A stretch of DNA of 64,000 bases, taken from positions 1-64,000 of IMG/VR virus record IMGVR_UViG_3300032087_003094, one strand, 5' to 3'. Origin of the DNA: a virus. The notes beneath the pieces are model-generated. The model saw only the letters and a program-made list of their open reading frames with translations. It made no database searches and was not told the origin of the DNA. Of the stretch, positions 27,554 through 38,148 are shown piece by piece; positions within the stretch are counted from its first letter, which is position 1, and the number at the start of each line of letters is the position of its first letter. The translations under genes were made by a program, and so were the position numbers.

Positions 27554-28088
27554 GCAAGAGCTTTATAATAATTATGGATTATTTGGTGAATTTAATGCCA
27601 GAAAAGAGGCTGGTCCAGTGCATGCAGATATGGATGATATATGGCTAAGATATGGCGATATATCTGGAATGAATGAAAGTGGGGACTATTCAAAAATAGC
27701 CGACGAGCATGACTCTATCTGGCTTAAAAACTTACCTGAATGTAAAAAGCTGTGTTTTAAGGTTATGTCCTTAGTGGATGGGGAAAGGTTGGGAGGTGTT
27801 TTAATTACAAAGTTACCTCCTGGGGGAAAAATACAGCCGCACGCTGATTCTGGCTGGCACGCTGAATATTATGACAAATACTACATCCCAATCCAGAACG
27901 CCAAGGGCGCGATATTCGGTTTTGAATGTGGTATTATAGAGCCAAACTATGGTGATGTATGGGCGTTTGATAATTCCTATACTCACTGGGTGGAAAACAA
28001 CTCTGATGAAGAGAGGATAGCGATGATTATTTGTATTAAGCAATCTAAAATGGATAAGTCAGGCTTTATGCTTGGCGATAGAGTGTAA
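27504..28088 (+). CDS. Aspartyl/asparaginyl beta-hydroxylase-like 2OG-Fe(II) oxygenase
   Basis: LPPGGKIQPHAD...FDNSYTHWVEN...RIAMII (HxD..H triad). Confidence 0.8.
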   Translation: MKAFNKISSTVDASKARQELYNNYGLFGEFNARKEAGPVHADMDDIWLRYGDISGMNESGDYSKIADEHDSIWLKNLPECKKLCFKVMSLVDGERLGGVLITKLPPGGKIQPHADSGWHAEYYDKYYIPIQNAKGAIFGFECGIIEPNYGDVWAFDNSYTHWVENNSDEERIAMIICIKQSKMDKSGFMLGDRV

Positions 28089-28090
28089 AA

Positions 28091-28660
28091 TTGCCTTGGG
28101 GTTACGCTGCCGCGGCGGTAGGCACCTATTTAGGCTCTAGAGAAGCAGGTAGGGGAGCAGAGAGCGCGGCTAGAACAGAAGCTGACGCCATGAATAGAGC
28201 GCTAGATTATCAGCAAGAGGTTGAGAGGCTTCCGCTTGAGATTAGAAATCAGTTTTTGCCATTAATGTCCGATTTTTACTCTGGAGGGGAAGGTCAAAAC
28301 CAGTTTATCGAAGACACTAAATCAAGTCCTTTTTATCAACAGATGATTCAAGCAGGACAGGAAGGTGTATTGGCTAATGCTGGCGCTAGAGGTTTAACTC
28401 GATCAGGGAACACGGCACAAGATTTATCCCTATCCAATCAAAATGTTTTAAATAGCCTTGTTAACCAAAGGCTTGCTGGCGTCTCCACGCTTGCTAACCA
28501 GCCATTAAATACCAACGCAATAGCTAACTCTATGAGCGGCATTGGTCGAACTATGGGTCAAGGTCAGATTGCTCAAGCTAACGCTATGCAGCAGGGTTAT
28601 GGCGGGATGTTCGACGCAATCATACAAGGCACGAATGAATACAACAGGAGCGGCGGCTAA
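28091..28660 (+). CDS. Ejection/DNA transfer protein, gp7-like
   Basis: Gly/Ala/Gln-rich, ARGLTRSGNT motif, synteny. Confidence 0.75.
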   Translation: MPWGYAAAAVGTYLGSREAGRGAESAARTEADAMNRALDYQQEVERLPLEIRNQFLPLMSDFYSGGEGQNQFIEDTKSSPFYQQMIQAGQEGVLANAGARGLTRSGNTAQDLSLSNQNVLNSLVNQRLAGVSTLANQPLNTNAIANSMSGIGRTMGQGQIAQANAMQQGYGGMFDAIIQGTNEYNRSGG

Positions 28661-29775
28661 TGAATCGTTTTTCGGTCAATCCTTTAGGTGGGTTTAATCC
28701 AGTTCAAGCTGTTACGAATATCAAACAGCAGAACCGCGAAGAAGATGCACAAAAAGCTCAACTTCAAGCAGATAGGGATAAGAGGTTGGCATTCGCCAAT
28801 GCCGCTAGTGGCGACCCTCAAGCTATGATCAAGCTTGCAGAGGCTGACCCTAATCTATTTCAATGGATGGATCAGAGAAACGCTAAAAGAGCTGCCACAG
28901 AGGGTGCTGCAAGAGCGCAAATAAAACAGCAAGCAGAACAGCAATGGCTGATTAGATATGATCAAGCTTTAGAATCTGAAGACGAGCAAGCAAAGCAAGC
29001 TTTAATGCAAGAAGCGATCGACGACCCTAATAATGATTTAGAGCATGGCGCAATTGGCAAAGACCCAATGGCAGATAGAGCTATTACCAAGGCCATCTTG
29101 TTTAATTCGATGGGTAAAGATGCCTATAATCAGTTTTATGGACAGGATAGAGGGCTTGAGAAAGGTGTTTTTTCAATAACTCAAACGCCAACTGGCTTTT
29201 TAAGATTAAACAATAAGACAGGTCAAGTTACTGAAATATCAAGCTCATCAAAAGAGGCAGCTGAAGCAAGAAAGGCTGAGAAAGAAAGAATTGAGCAGGA
29301 GCTTAAGCAGTCTAATACAACTTTTGATAGATCTAAAAAAATAAGAGATAGGTACGATAAGCAGAGTGGTGACTTTGTTAAGGTTAGGGATGCTTTTGGT
29401 CGTATTGAGGCTTCCTCTAGCGATCCAGATCCAGCAGGAGACCTATCCTTAATATTTAATTACATGAAAATGCTAGACCCAGGCTCAACCGTAAGAGAGG
29501 GCGAGTTTGCAACCGCCGAAGGAGCTGCCTCAGTTCCCGAAAGGTTTAAGGGGGCTTACAATAAAGTTATAAGTGGCGAAAAGCTGACAGAAAAGCAAAG
29601 AAACGGCTTTGTTAATCGAGCCAAGATGCTTATGAAAAAAGCAAACTCTCAACAGTCTAAAGATAAAGCAGAAGCTATCAGGCTTGGAAAGCAGTTTGGT
29701 ATCACAGAGAATGATATTTTTGGTGTTCAGCCTGAAGAGCCAGCAGCAAACGCAGTCAACTGGAGCGACCTGTAA
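28660..29775 (+). CDS. Ejection protein, gp20 position
   Basis: Helical; YMKMLDPGSTVREGEF motif; synteny. Confidence 0.65.
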   Translation: MNRFSVNPLGGFNPVQAVTNIKQQNREEDAQKAQLQADRDKRLAFANAASGDPQAMIKLAEADPNLFQWMDQRNAKRAATEGAARAQIKQQAEQQWLIRYDQALESEDEQAKQALMQEAIDDPNNDLEHGAIGKDPMADRAITKAILFNSMGKDAYNQFYGQDRGLEKGVFSITQTPTGFLRLNNKTGQVTEISSSSKEAAEARKAEKERIEQELKQSNTTFDRSKKIRDRYDKQSGDFVKVRDAFGRIEASSSDPDPAGDLSLIFNYMKMLDPGSTVREGEFATAEGAASVPERFKGAYNKVISGEKLTEKQRNGFVNRAKMLMKKANSQQSKDKAEAIRLGKQFGITENDIFGVQPEEPAANAVNWSDL

Positions 29776-31745
29776 TGGATGTCACACTTCCTAACGGAAA
29801 AGTCATAAAAGGCGTTCCTGACGGCACCCCTAAAGAGGTTGTTATGCAGAAGGCTATAGATTCTGGGCTTGCTGTGGCTTCAGATTTTCCAGTTGAGCAA
29901 CCTCGGGCGCAAATTCAACCTGAAGAGGATGTCGGATTTATTGATAAGTTATCGACCATTGTGTCTGGTTCTGATAGAACAACTCCTGAAATAGAAGCTC
30001 TCCCAACCATCGGCAACGCTCCAGAGTTTAGCGAAATGTCTAGCGACGCATTTAAGGCTAATTTAGGAACCTTTACAACTGGCGACTTGTCCGAGCAGGC
30101 GAAAATAATTAAACAGCAATATGGCGATAGGGTTAATTTCAGGCGGGATGAGAAAGGGAATTACATAGCGGACTTTCCATCGGGTTCTTATGCTTTAAAT
30201 AAGCCAGGCCTATCTCTCCAGGACATTCCAAAATTTATGGGTGATATTTTAGCTTTCAGTCCAGCAGGGAGAGCCACAACAATACCTTCCGCGATAGGTA
30301 GGAGTGCCACTGGTGAGGCGTTGCTAGAGGGCGGAGATGTGGCTTTAGGTGGAGACTTTGACGCTGGAGAGGTAGCAACTTCCGCCGCTCTTGGGGGCGT
30401 ATTCAAGGGTGCTGAGGATTTGCTTGGCGCTGCGTGGAGAGCTTTGAGAGGGAAATCCCCAGATGAGGCTGCTGCTCTACTAAAATCAGCAGAGGATTCC
30501 GGCATACCAATTATGACTAGCGATGTCATGCCGCCTCAAACATTCCCTGGTAAGGTGGCCCAGCAAACGGGTGAGAAGATACCATTGGCTGGAACTGCTG
30601 GAGCAAGAGAGGGTCAACAAGAGTTTCGAGTACAGGCAGTTGATGAGATCGCTCAAAAGTATAATTCGTTTAGCTATAAATCTATAATTGATAGTCTGAA
30701 AAGTAAAAAAGATAGAGTTAAGCTTGCGGCCGGCAATGTATTAGAATCCGCCGGAAACAAGCTGGATGATGCGGGAGTAATACCAACCGATAATACAACT
30801 AAAAGAATAAATAGCGTTAAGGAAGAGCTTTCTAAGCCTGGAGTAATGACTCAATCTAGCGCTTTGGATGATTTGGCCGAAATTTCTAATGCGGTAGGGT
30901 CGGCGCCTCAAACCTATTCAACATTAAAGGAAAATAGGACAGCCTTTAGAGAAGTTGTTGATGGTCTAGATCCAACAGCTAGGAGTCAACTTTCAACTAG
31001 GGCGAAATCTCTTTTAAAAAGTGTCGAGCATGCCATGACTGCTGACATGAAGGCTTTTGCTAAAAACAATCTTACGCCACAAGAATTCATGAAGCTTAAT
31101 AAGGCTAATGCAGTTTACGCAGAAGAGGCTAAAAAACTAACAAAAACCAAACTTAAAAACATTTTAGATAAGGGTGATTTCACTCCTGAAAACGTTAAAC
31201 AATTATTATTTAGCAAGAACCAGTCAGATATGAAGCTGCTTTATGATGGATTAACTCAAACAGGTAGAGCTAATAGTCGAGCGGCCATTATTAATAAAAT
31301 TGTGTCCGATTTATCTTCTAGGCAAAGCGGGTTGACGCCAAATTCTTTTGCATCCCAGCTTAAGAAATACGACCCTCAAATAAAGACCTTTTTCAAAGGC
31401 AAGGAAAGAAAGCAATTAGAGGGTTTAAGAAGGGCTTTGGAGGCAACCAGAAGAGCGCAGGATGCAGCAGTGACAACGCCAACAGGTCAATCTCTTGCTG
31501 GAGGGTTAACTGCTTACTCAGCCTTTACAGACTTAGGCGCCACGCTAGGCATAGGAGGCACGGCAGGAGGATTAGCAAGGCTTTACGAGTCTGCTCCAGT
31601 TCGAAATGCTTTACTGAATCTCTCCGGCGCTCCAAAAGGCTCGACGGCATTTGAGCAGGCCTTGCGAGAGGTGAACGAATCTTTGCTAGTTGCAGCTCAA
31701 GCAATGCGGAGCGAATTACAGGATAGAGAAGAATCCCAAGAATAA
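29775..31745 (+). CDS. Ejection protein, gp16-like
   Basis: Size, synteny, C-terminal ARLYESAPVRNALL. Confidence 0.7.
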   Translation: MDVTLPNGKVIKGVPDGTPKEVVMQKAIDSGLAVASDFPVEQPRAQIQPEEDVGFIDKLSTIVSGSDRTTPEIEALPTIGNAPEFSEMSSDAFKANLGTFTTGDLSEQAKIIKQQYGDRVNFRRDEKGNYIADFPSGSYALNKPGLSLQDIPKFMGDILAFSPAGRATTIPSAIGRSATGEALLEGGDVALGGDFDAGEVATSAALGGVFKGAEDLLGAAWRALRGKSPDEAAALLKSAEDSGIPIMTSDVMPPQTFPGKVAQQTGEKIPLAGTAGAREGQQEFRVQAVDEIAQKYNSFSYKSIIDSLKSKKDRVKLAAGNVLESAGNKLDDAGVIPTDNTTKRINSVKEELSKPGVMTQSSALDDLAEISNAVGSAPQTYSTLKENRTAFREVVDGLDPTARSQLSTRAKSLLKSVEHAMTADMKAFAKNNLTPQEFMKLNKANAVYAEEAKKLTKTKLKNILDKGDFTPENVKQLLFSKNQSDMKLLYDGLTQTGRANSRAAIINKIVSDLSSRQSGLTPNSFASQLKKYDPQIKTFFKGKERKQLEGLRRALEATRRAQDAAVTTPTGQSLAGGLTAYSAFTDLGATLGIGGTAGGLARLYESAPVRNALLNLSGAPKGSTAFEQALREVNESLLVAAQAMRSELQDREESQE

Positions 31746-31820
31746 CAGAAAGAACCATATAACCTCCTTAAAAAAGGTTATTATAACATATAAGCCATAA
31801 ACCAATACTAGAGGCGAAAG

Positions 31821-32981
31821 ATGACTGAAATTACTAACCCTTATATCTATATTCCTGATCCAGATAAATCTAGAGCTTTATTTAACGCTCAGCTTTACTT
31901 TGGCCTACCTGATACCGATCCAACTATAGCCTCCAACCAGAAGCTCGTTAGAGGCATTCAAGAGGATGGCATACCTGTTAGCTTAGCGCAGCCCGTGCTA
32001 ACAAATTCAGGCGGCGTTCCTGAGTTAAACGGCAAGCCTTTAAGGTTGGACATTTCTGGCGATTACTCTTTCGCTGCTAGAGATAGACTTGATGTCCCAA
32101 AGTACTATGCACCAAACGTAGAAAACCCAGAAAGCGGAAGCGATGGATTTAGTGGCGTAGTTGTTATTGAAGATCAAGAGTTATCACTAGGTCAATTAGA
32201 TGTTACGTTTTCAAATGTTGGAGCAAATGAGTCTGTCTTCTATCTACAAACGAATATAGGTGATCAAGGTTTTTTAGCTAAAGATATCGATTACACCGTT
32301 AAAAACTCAACCACAATCACATTAACAAGCTCAAAAAACGCTGGCGATAAAGTTATTGGAAGGCAGAATGACCCAACCGGACAACTAGTTCCAGTTAACG
32401 ATGATGCTGAATCGCTGTTAGTTTTTTCAGACTTGGCAGACGCTGCTGCAAGCGCGGCAGCAGGTAACTTGGTTGCAGGTAACACTGTCACTTTAAATGG
32501 CAATGCAGTTTCAGGGGATGGTCTTGGAGGTGATAAATATTTAGTCCAAGTTACAGGCCCAGCCAATGACGGAGTGAATTATTTAGATTTAAATGGCACG
32601 CTTCAACTAGCATTGCAAAACAACTATTATAGATTTCAAAATTACTCTGAAACTATAGCAGTCGCCTCCTCTGCTGCTGGCGTTCTGAATATAAATCTTA
32701 ATAGCGGATCTTCACAACAAATCATATTAACAGAAAGCATATCAAGCTTAGCTTTTGTTAATTTTAATCCAGGCGGCGATTACTCAAGCACGGTAACGTT
32801 AAAAGTTCAACAAGATGGTGTTGGCGGGTGGGGTATAACTTGGCCAGCATCTATAGTATGGGCTGGAGGTATTGCCCCATCAGTGACTGCAACGGCTAAT
32901 GCTATAGACATGTACGGATTTACAACTTATGACGCCGGCGTGAGCTGGTTTGGCTTCTCTCTGGGTGCGGACTTCTCATGA
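31821..32981 (+). CDS. Tail protein with P22 tailspike head-binding domain
   Basis: NAQLYFGLPDTDPT..QPVLTNSGGVP. Confidence 0.85.
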   Translation: MTEITNPYIYIPDPDKSRALFNAQLYFGLPDTDPTIASNQKLVRGIQEDGIPVSLAQPVLTNSGGVPELNGKPLRLDISGDYSFAARDRLDVPKYYAPNVENPESGSDGFSGVVVIEDQELSLGQLDVTFSNVGANESVFYLQTNIGDQGFLAKDIDYTVKNSTTITLTSSKNAGDKVIGRQNDPTGQLVPVNDDAESLLVFSDLADAAASAAAGNLVAGNTVTLNGNAVSGDGLGGDKYLVQVTGPANDGVNYLDLNGTLQLALQNNYYRFQNYSETIAVASSAAGVLNINLNSGSSQQIILTESISSLAFVNFNPGGDYSSTVTLKVQQDGVGGWGITWPASIVWAGGIAPSVTATANAIDMYGFTTYDAGVSWFGFSLGADFS

Positions 32982-33325
32982 TTGGGGTAGCTAAAAACTT
33001 TGCAGCGACAGTTGCATCAACAACATACAGTGCTTTTGTTACCCCCTTTGAGGCTGTTGCTATTGGCCCCCCTGGAAGTTTAACAACAAACACTGTGACA
33101 ATTAACGTCTCAGGCGGCGCACCCCCTTATACATATGCTTGGTTAAAGCTGATTGGTGATGATATCACTGTAGCAGATACAACTGCTGCGTCTGTAACGT
33201 TTTCAGCCTCTGGAGCCAATGGAGACGGCAAGCTTGCTGTCTTCAGATGCACAGTAACAGATAACGCCTTAGACGAAGTCTTTGTCGATGTTAACGTATC
33301 TTTTTCATTTGGAACGCAATTATGA
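32978..33325 (+). CDS. Small Ig-like tail protein
   Basis: VSGGAPPYTYAW..FRCTVTD. Confidence 0.55.
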   Translation: MIGVAKNFAATVASTTYSAFVTPFEAVAIGPPGSLTTNTVTINVSGGAPPYTYAWLKLIGDDITVADTTAASVTFSASGANGDGKLAVFRCTVTDNALDEVFVDVNVSFSFGTQL

Positions 33326-35466
33326 TTAAATTTGACACTGCAGTATCTTTCATTAATAACCATCTAAACCCTTCAGGCTACAGCGCGGGGCAGATAATCT
33401 CGTTTGAAGGCTATACAACCACTGGTGATAAAGGTGCGGCGAGGTGGCGCTCTCTTGGCACTGTTGGGACGGCAAGCGTAGATCCATTAACAAACAACAG
33501 CCCCAACCTATCAGACGCCTCTGGAAATGAGTTTGTGCTGGTTGGTGAGGGCGTTATCGATTTAAATGTGCTTGGCGGAACAGGGGTCTCATACCAAAAC
33601 ATTGCTGATGCAGCAGGACTTGTTTACTCTCAAGGGCTTACAAGCAACCCGAACGTCTCAGACAGGTATATTATAGCTGACGAGGCCGGAATGGTGGCTA
33701 GGGCCAACCCTCAAGTGGATGAGGCTTACATCGTATCAGACAGAGCTGATGGCATATTTGACACTGTAACAGTCGGAACTACTGCAAACGTAGACCTACC
33801 CAACACTTATAATATTATCGTATCAACGGTTGATGCGACTAAGTGCTTTGTGTTGAGAGTTCAAGATGCTGTTTACGCTAAGCAGCTGGGTATGTTTGAC
33901 GGGGTATCAGACGATGCTCCTGCATGGCCTATATTCTTATCTTTATCAACTCAATGCTTTGGCGCTGAGGGCTCAACATCAATAACATCGGAAGAGATAG
34001 TTTTACCCGAAGGGGTGACGTTAGACCTGCTTGGTGGGGCTATTAAGGCAGATCCAGACCTACCAAATACAGGCAATATTGTTAAATTATCAAATGCCAA
34101 GTCGATAATTAAAAACGGGAAGGTTGATGGGAATAAAAGCAATTTAAATAATGCTTTTGCATCGGGAACAACTGGTAATTGCATATATATAACGACTGGG
34201 GCTGACGGTTCAAGGGCTATCGATATAGAGGCGTTTAACGGGCCGACAAATGGGATTGTAGTTGTTGGTAATGCTGTTGACGACATACAGATTGTTGGCT
34301 TTAACTGCCATGATAATGATTTTACAGGGACAGGTGTGGAACTACTTAACAATGGCGGCGGCGAGCCTTCAAATATACTTATTAAAGATGGCATTACAAA
34401 GAACAACAACACAGGCGGCGGAATTAGAATTCAGGCTTGTAATGGGTATGTTATCGATAATTGCGTTGCGGTAGACGAGCAAAAAGAAGGCTTGGTTATA
34501 GGTGTTGCTGAGGCGAATGGTGTTTGTGTTGGTAAAATAACAAATTCTACATTCGGCACTGCTAATGCGGCTACTGATGGAATATCTATTGATGGTATGG
34601 TTGGTGGGGGTGGGGCGCAGGCTGGAAAAATAAACACATGCCTTGTTCAGATGGCAAATGTTAGAGCTGAGGGTGCTGGAGGCGCGACCGGTTTAAGGGT
34701 TGAGAATTTTGCTAGGGTAGAAGGGGTTAATGTAACAAGTAATAATTTCACCAACGGCCACAACTACAACTCAAACGCATCGGTATCAATTTACAACCCA
34801 TGTGCATTGAACAGCGGTGGATCTGGTTTTGATATAGACGCCAAAGTGTTTTTGTCAAGACCCAAGGTCGAGATCTGGAGTTCAACGGGTGATGCGGTGT
34901 TATTTAGAGCTAATAGCGGAGGCTCTGCAATATTGAGTGGTAATTTTGGCGCGCAAATAAGAGAGTCAGGATCACATGACGGTGCTGGCAACGCATCAAC
35001 ATTATCAGATAGTACTGCCAACTTCATTGCGGATGAACTGGTGGGCTTTTTTGTTAGGAATACCACTGACGGATCACAGGGTGCAATAACAGCAAACACA
35101 GCAACCACGGTAACAGCTACATTGTCAGGCGGGACTGATAATGACTGGGACGCCTCAGATGTTTACGAGATTACTTCTGAAAACGGTCAGGATGCGTTAG
35201 GCGTTGTTGGCACTCCGGCCGATATAAGGTTTGAGGTTCAATCCTTTACGGGTACGAGAAATACCGTAGGCGGTGTTGGTGGGTCTGTTCTTAATACGTG
35301 GGAGGTTGTCGATCTTGGATCTAAAAACATGGTTGAGCTTATAGACGGGATAGCCGCTCCAGCATCTGAAACTGGGCGAGCAAAAATGTATATAAATTCG
35401 TCAAACGGGGATCTACAAATAATATTTGGCGATGGCGTGACTAAAACAATAGTAACCGATATTTAA
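33322..35466 (+). CDS. Tailspike with right-handed beta-helix (putative depolymerase)
   Basis: DGVSDDAPA motif followed by Asn/Gly-rich beta-helix repeats. Confidence 0.8.
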   Translation: MIKFDTAVSFINNHLNPSGYSAGQIISFEGYTTTGDKGAARWRSLGTVGTASVDPLTNNSPNLSDASGNEFVLVGEGVIDLNVLGGTGVSYQNIADAAGLVYSQGLTSNPNVSDRYIIADEAGMVARANPQVDEAYIVSDRADGIFDTVTVGTTANVDLPNTYNIIVSTVDATKCFVLRVQDAVYAKQLGMFDGVSDDAPAWPIFLSLSTQCFGAEGSTSITSEEIVLPEGVTLDLLGGAIKADPDLPNTGNIVKLSNAKSIIKNGKVDGNKSNLNNAFASGTTGNCIYITTGADGSRAIDIEAFNGPTNGIVVVGNAVDDIQIVGFNCHDNDFTGTGVELLNNGGGEPSNILIKDGITKNNNTGGGIRIQACNGYVIDNCVAVDEQKEGLVIGVAEANGVCVGKITNSTFGTANAATDGISIDGMVGGGGAQAGKINTCLVQMANVRAEGAGGATGLRVENFARVEGVNVTSNNFTNGHNYNSNASVSIYNPCALNSGGSGFDIDAKVFLSRPKVEIWSSTGDAVLFRANSGGSAILSGNFGAQIRESGSHDGAGNASTLSDSTANFIADELVGFFVRNTTDGSQGAITANTATTVTATLSGGTDNDWDASDVYEITSENGQDALGVVGTPADIRFEVQSFTGTRNTVGGVGGSVLNTWEVVDLGSKNMVELIDGIAAPASETGRAKMYINSSNGDLQIIFGDGVTKTIVTDI

Positions 35467-35514
35467 GCCAATAAAGAATATTGCTTAAAGCCGCAAACCC
35501 GCTCGAAATTAAAT

Positions 35515-35543
35515 TTGACAGCGGGCATTATTTTATCTATCCT
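35515..35543 (+). promoter_or_regulatory. Sigma70-like early promoter
   Basis: TTGACA-17-TATCCT; the -35 lies inside a CCCGCT...AGCGGG inverted repeat. Confidence 0.55.
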
Positions 35544-35572
35544 ATTACTACAGTAATTAATGAGGAGTCAGA

Positions 35573-35752
35573 ATGATAAAGAAAAGAGGTCCAAAACGAT
35601 TAACCGAGGATGAGCGCAGAAAGCGATTTCAGATGGTTGTATCGCCAGCTACATCAGAGTGGCTAGAATCTCAACCTGAGGCCGCTGGAAGGGTTGTAGA
35701 TAGGTTGGTAGAGAATCATCGAATCAAACAAGACTACGACAGTAAGGGGTAA
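35573..35752 (+). CDS. Small ribbon-helix-helix-like protein
   Basis: GAGGAG RBS; hand translation MIKKRGPKRLTEDERRKRFQMVVSPATSEWLESQ. Confidence 0.55.
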   Translation: MIKKRGPKRLTEDERRKRFQMVVSPATSEWLESQPEAAGRVVDRLVENHRIKQDYDSKG

Positions 35753-35865
35753 ATTATGAATAACGAGCAAGATAACGCAACAGAGGGTCAAGTAAGCCTA
35801 TTATGGCTAGGATTAATTGCGCTAGGATTTTGGTTAAGCGCATTATTTATAGGGTGGTTAGTGTC

Positions 35866-36315
35866 ATGAGAACCATTCAAAGCAGAATACAGCACTGTAA
35901 AAACAGAGTTCCGATCGCCGCGCCAAAAGTTGAAGAAAGCGCAAAGCTTCAAGCTGATGTGGACGCGTGGCTAGCGAAGGGTAACGAGATTTACGACGCT
36001 GATAAAAAAGAGGCTAATTTCAGGAATGATATTGAAAAATCTCGAGCCTACAAAAGGCGCACCAAGCCAGTATTAAACCTATCCATGTGGCGCTTTAGAG
36101 GTGAAGATACCATCCTAACCACTAAAGATATGGTCAGAGTTTTAGAGTGCTCCAGCGATTGGGTTGTGACTGAATACACTAAGAAACATCTTATTCCAGC
36201 GCCCTATAAAATCAGAGATTTAGATGGAAAAGTAAAAATAACCAAGAAAAATCACAACGCCAACTATTGGAAGTTAGGCGATTTAATTAAACACAATAAG
36301 GAGCTAGAAAAATGA
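35866..36315 (+). CDS. Hypothetical protein, possible excisionase-like HTH C-terminus
   Basis: ILTTKDMVRVLECS..LIPAP..YWKLGDL pattern. Confidence 0.45.
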   Translation: MRTIQSRIQHCKNRVPIAAPKVEESAKLQADVDAWLAKGNEIYDADKKEANFRNDIEKSRAYKRRTKPVLNLSMWRFRGEDTILTTKDMVRVLECSSDWVVTEYTKKHLIPAPYKIRDLDGKVKITKKNHNANYWKLGDLIKHNKELEK

Positions 36316-38148
36316 GACAATCAACCGAACTAAGCAACTTAGTCGCTAGGCACCTGCAAGGCCAAGTACCACCTACCGTAGTCAACGAGTTTAACAAGCT
36401 AATTGTAAAAATGCGTAAAGATGAATCAACTATTGCGGATGCTGTGGATAAGTTTGAAGCTATCCACAACCCTCAAGTTGGAGCAAACAACCTAAACGGT
36501 GAAATTCTTAAGGGGAAGCTTTTTGAAATTTAGACTTGAATCGCTCGTGAAGAGCTACAACAAGCCTAAGAAGCGCGATATAGAGAAAGACGTAGAAGTT
36601 ATCGATTTAGAAGAGAAAACGCCGTCAGAGCCAGATTTCGAGCTTGCTGACGCCATGATAGAGTATTCTAGGGAGAAATTATGAAAGATGCTATTTTAGT
36701 TGTGCTAATTGTCTTTACGGCTGCTCTTAGCTTTATCTTTGGTGCGATATGGGAGCAGAGGCAAAATTTCAAGAAAGGTCGCCAACCAACATGCCAAAGC
36801 GAATTAAAAGACCCATGCCAAGAGATACACGGGTTAAACACTAAAGGCATGCGAGATTACAAGCCTAAGTATGACCGTAATTTAAAACAAGTAGTATTAA
36901 CATGTGAGGTGGAGTGATGAGAAGCGCGATAATCGGGTTTTGTATAGGCTTATTGGCTACAATGATTGCTTTTCTAGCGGTTCTCACTTTCAGGTTTCTG
37001 TTGATTGTCAATTTTGGCGACCCGCAGCAGCCAACATGCCAAAGCGAATTCAGCCAGCAAATCAACCAGTATCGAGTATGGCCAGAATATCCCACACAAG
37101 GGAAAGCGGCCTAATCGAATAGTCATTGAATGCGAGGATAAGTAGATGAAAATAGAAACGAGAGCAACTTTATATGATTGGGTAGAGTTTAAGGTTGAAT
37201 GTGGTAGCACAGTAATTAACGAGGATATTCATCCAGAGCAGGCGGCCGACCTAATTGAGCAGCTTGAAAGCGCTATAGACGATCTAAAAGGGCTAGCTAG
37301 AGAGGTTGATGTTGAAGAGATATTCGCAGGGACCAGAAAGAAAGTCGAATCTTTAAATATTAGAGGATAACAAACAATGAGCATAGAAAACCATAAGTGG
37401 AGTGATGAAGATTTAAGTCTTTTTGACACCTCTGAATCTGAATATGCAGGGTTATTATTTAGCCTAAGATGCAATTCTATCATGAGTTCGTTTAGCGATT
37501 TTTACATCAACAAACAAGACGCCATAGCTATAGCCAAACACTTTAACGTAGACAATGAGTCTCTAGTGGAGGGTATAAAGGAGTTGATTAACTCTGTTGA
37601 CTGCTCGTCTTGCTGCCCAAACACAGAGGTATTCTCAATTGACGACCTACAAAAACTAATAACTAAGGAGGATATAGAAGAATGAGTAATGTAATAGAGT
37701 TTCCGCAAACTGATGTTGAGTATATATTCAACAGTACTGGCGAAATTGTAGAGTCAATTATCATCGATTTATCAAGACTAAAAAGCATCGAACTAAGAAG
37801 GGATGAGTCAGACGAAGTCAGAGGCCGCATAACTAGACTGTGTATTGCTTGGCTAGCTTTAGAGAATCCAGAGGTATTAAATTTTGATGATGAATTAAAT
37901 GAGGAGGATGGAGAGTGAATGATATAGAGTTTATTATCTTGTGGTTTTTGTCTGGATTTTTGCCATTTTTATTATCAGGGATTGTGATGGAATCAAGAAG
38001 CCCTAAAATTGATTTTGAGTTGGTGTCGCTTTCGATTTTGTCTGGCGGCTTTGGATTTTTATCGTTTTTTTTATTTTTTCCAGTATTTATATTTATTTGC
38101 TTCCAAAGGGTATTCTTTTTTATTAATGATAGGAGGGCTAGACAATAA
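36312..38148 (+). CDS. Run of small coupled hypothetical ORFs (36312-36533, ~36523-36684, 36681-36917, 36914-37114, 37146-37370, 37377-37685, 37682-37918, 37915-38148)
   Basis: Overlapping stop/start codons; several have TM segments. Confidence 0.6.

Noticed and set aside
11071-35166. Diversity-generating retroelement template/variable repeat pair
   Set aside because: There is no reverse transcriptase, and the differences between the two module copies are not adenine-specific.
37098-37106. Programmed -1 frameshift at GGGAAAG
   Set aside because: The heptamer is in the wrong phase; restoring the ORF needs a +1 shift, so a single-base insertion is more likely.
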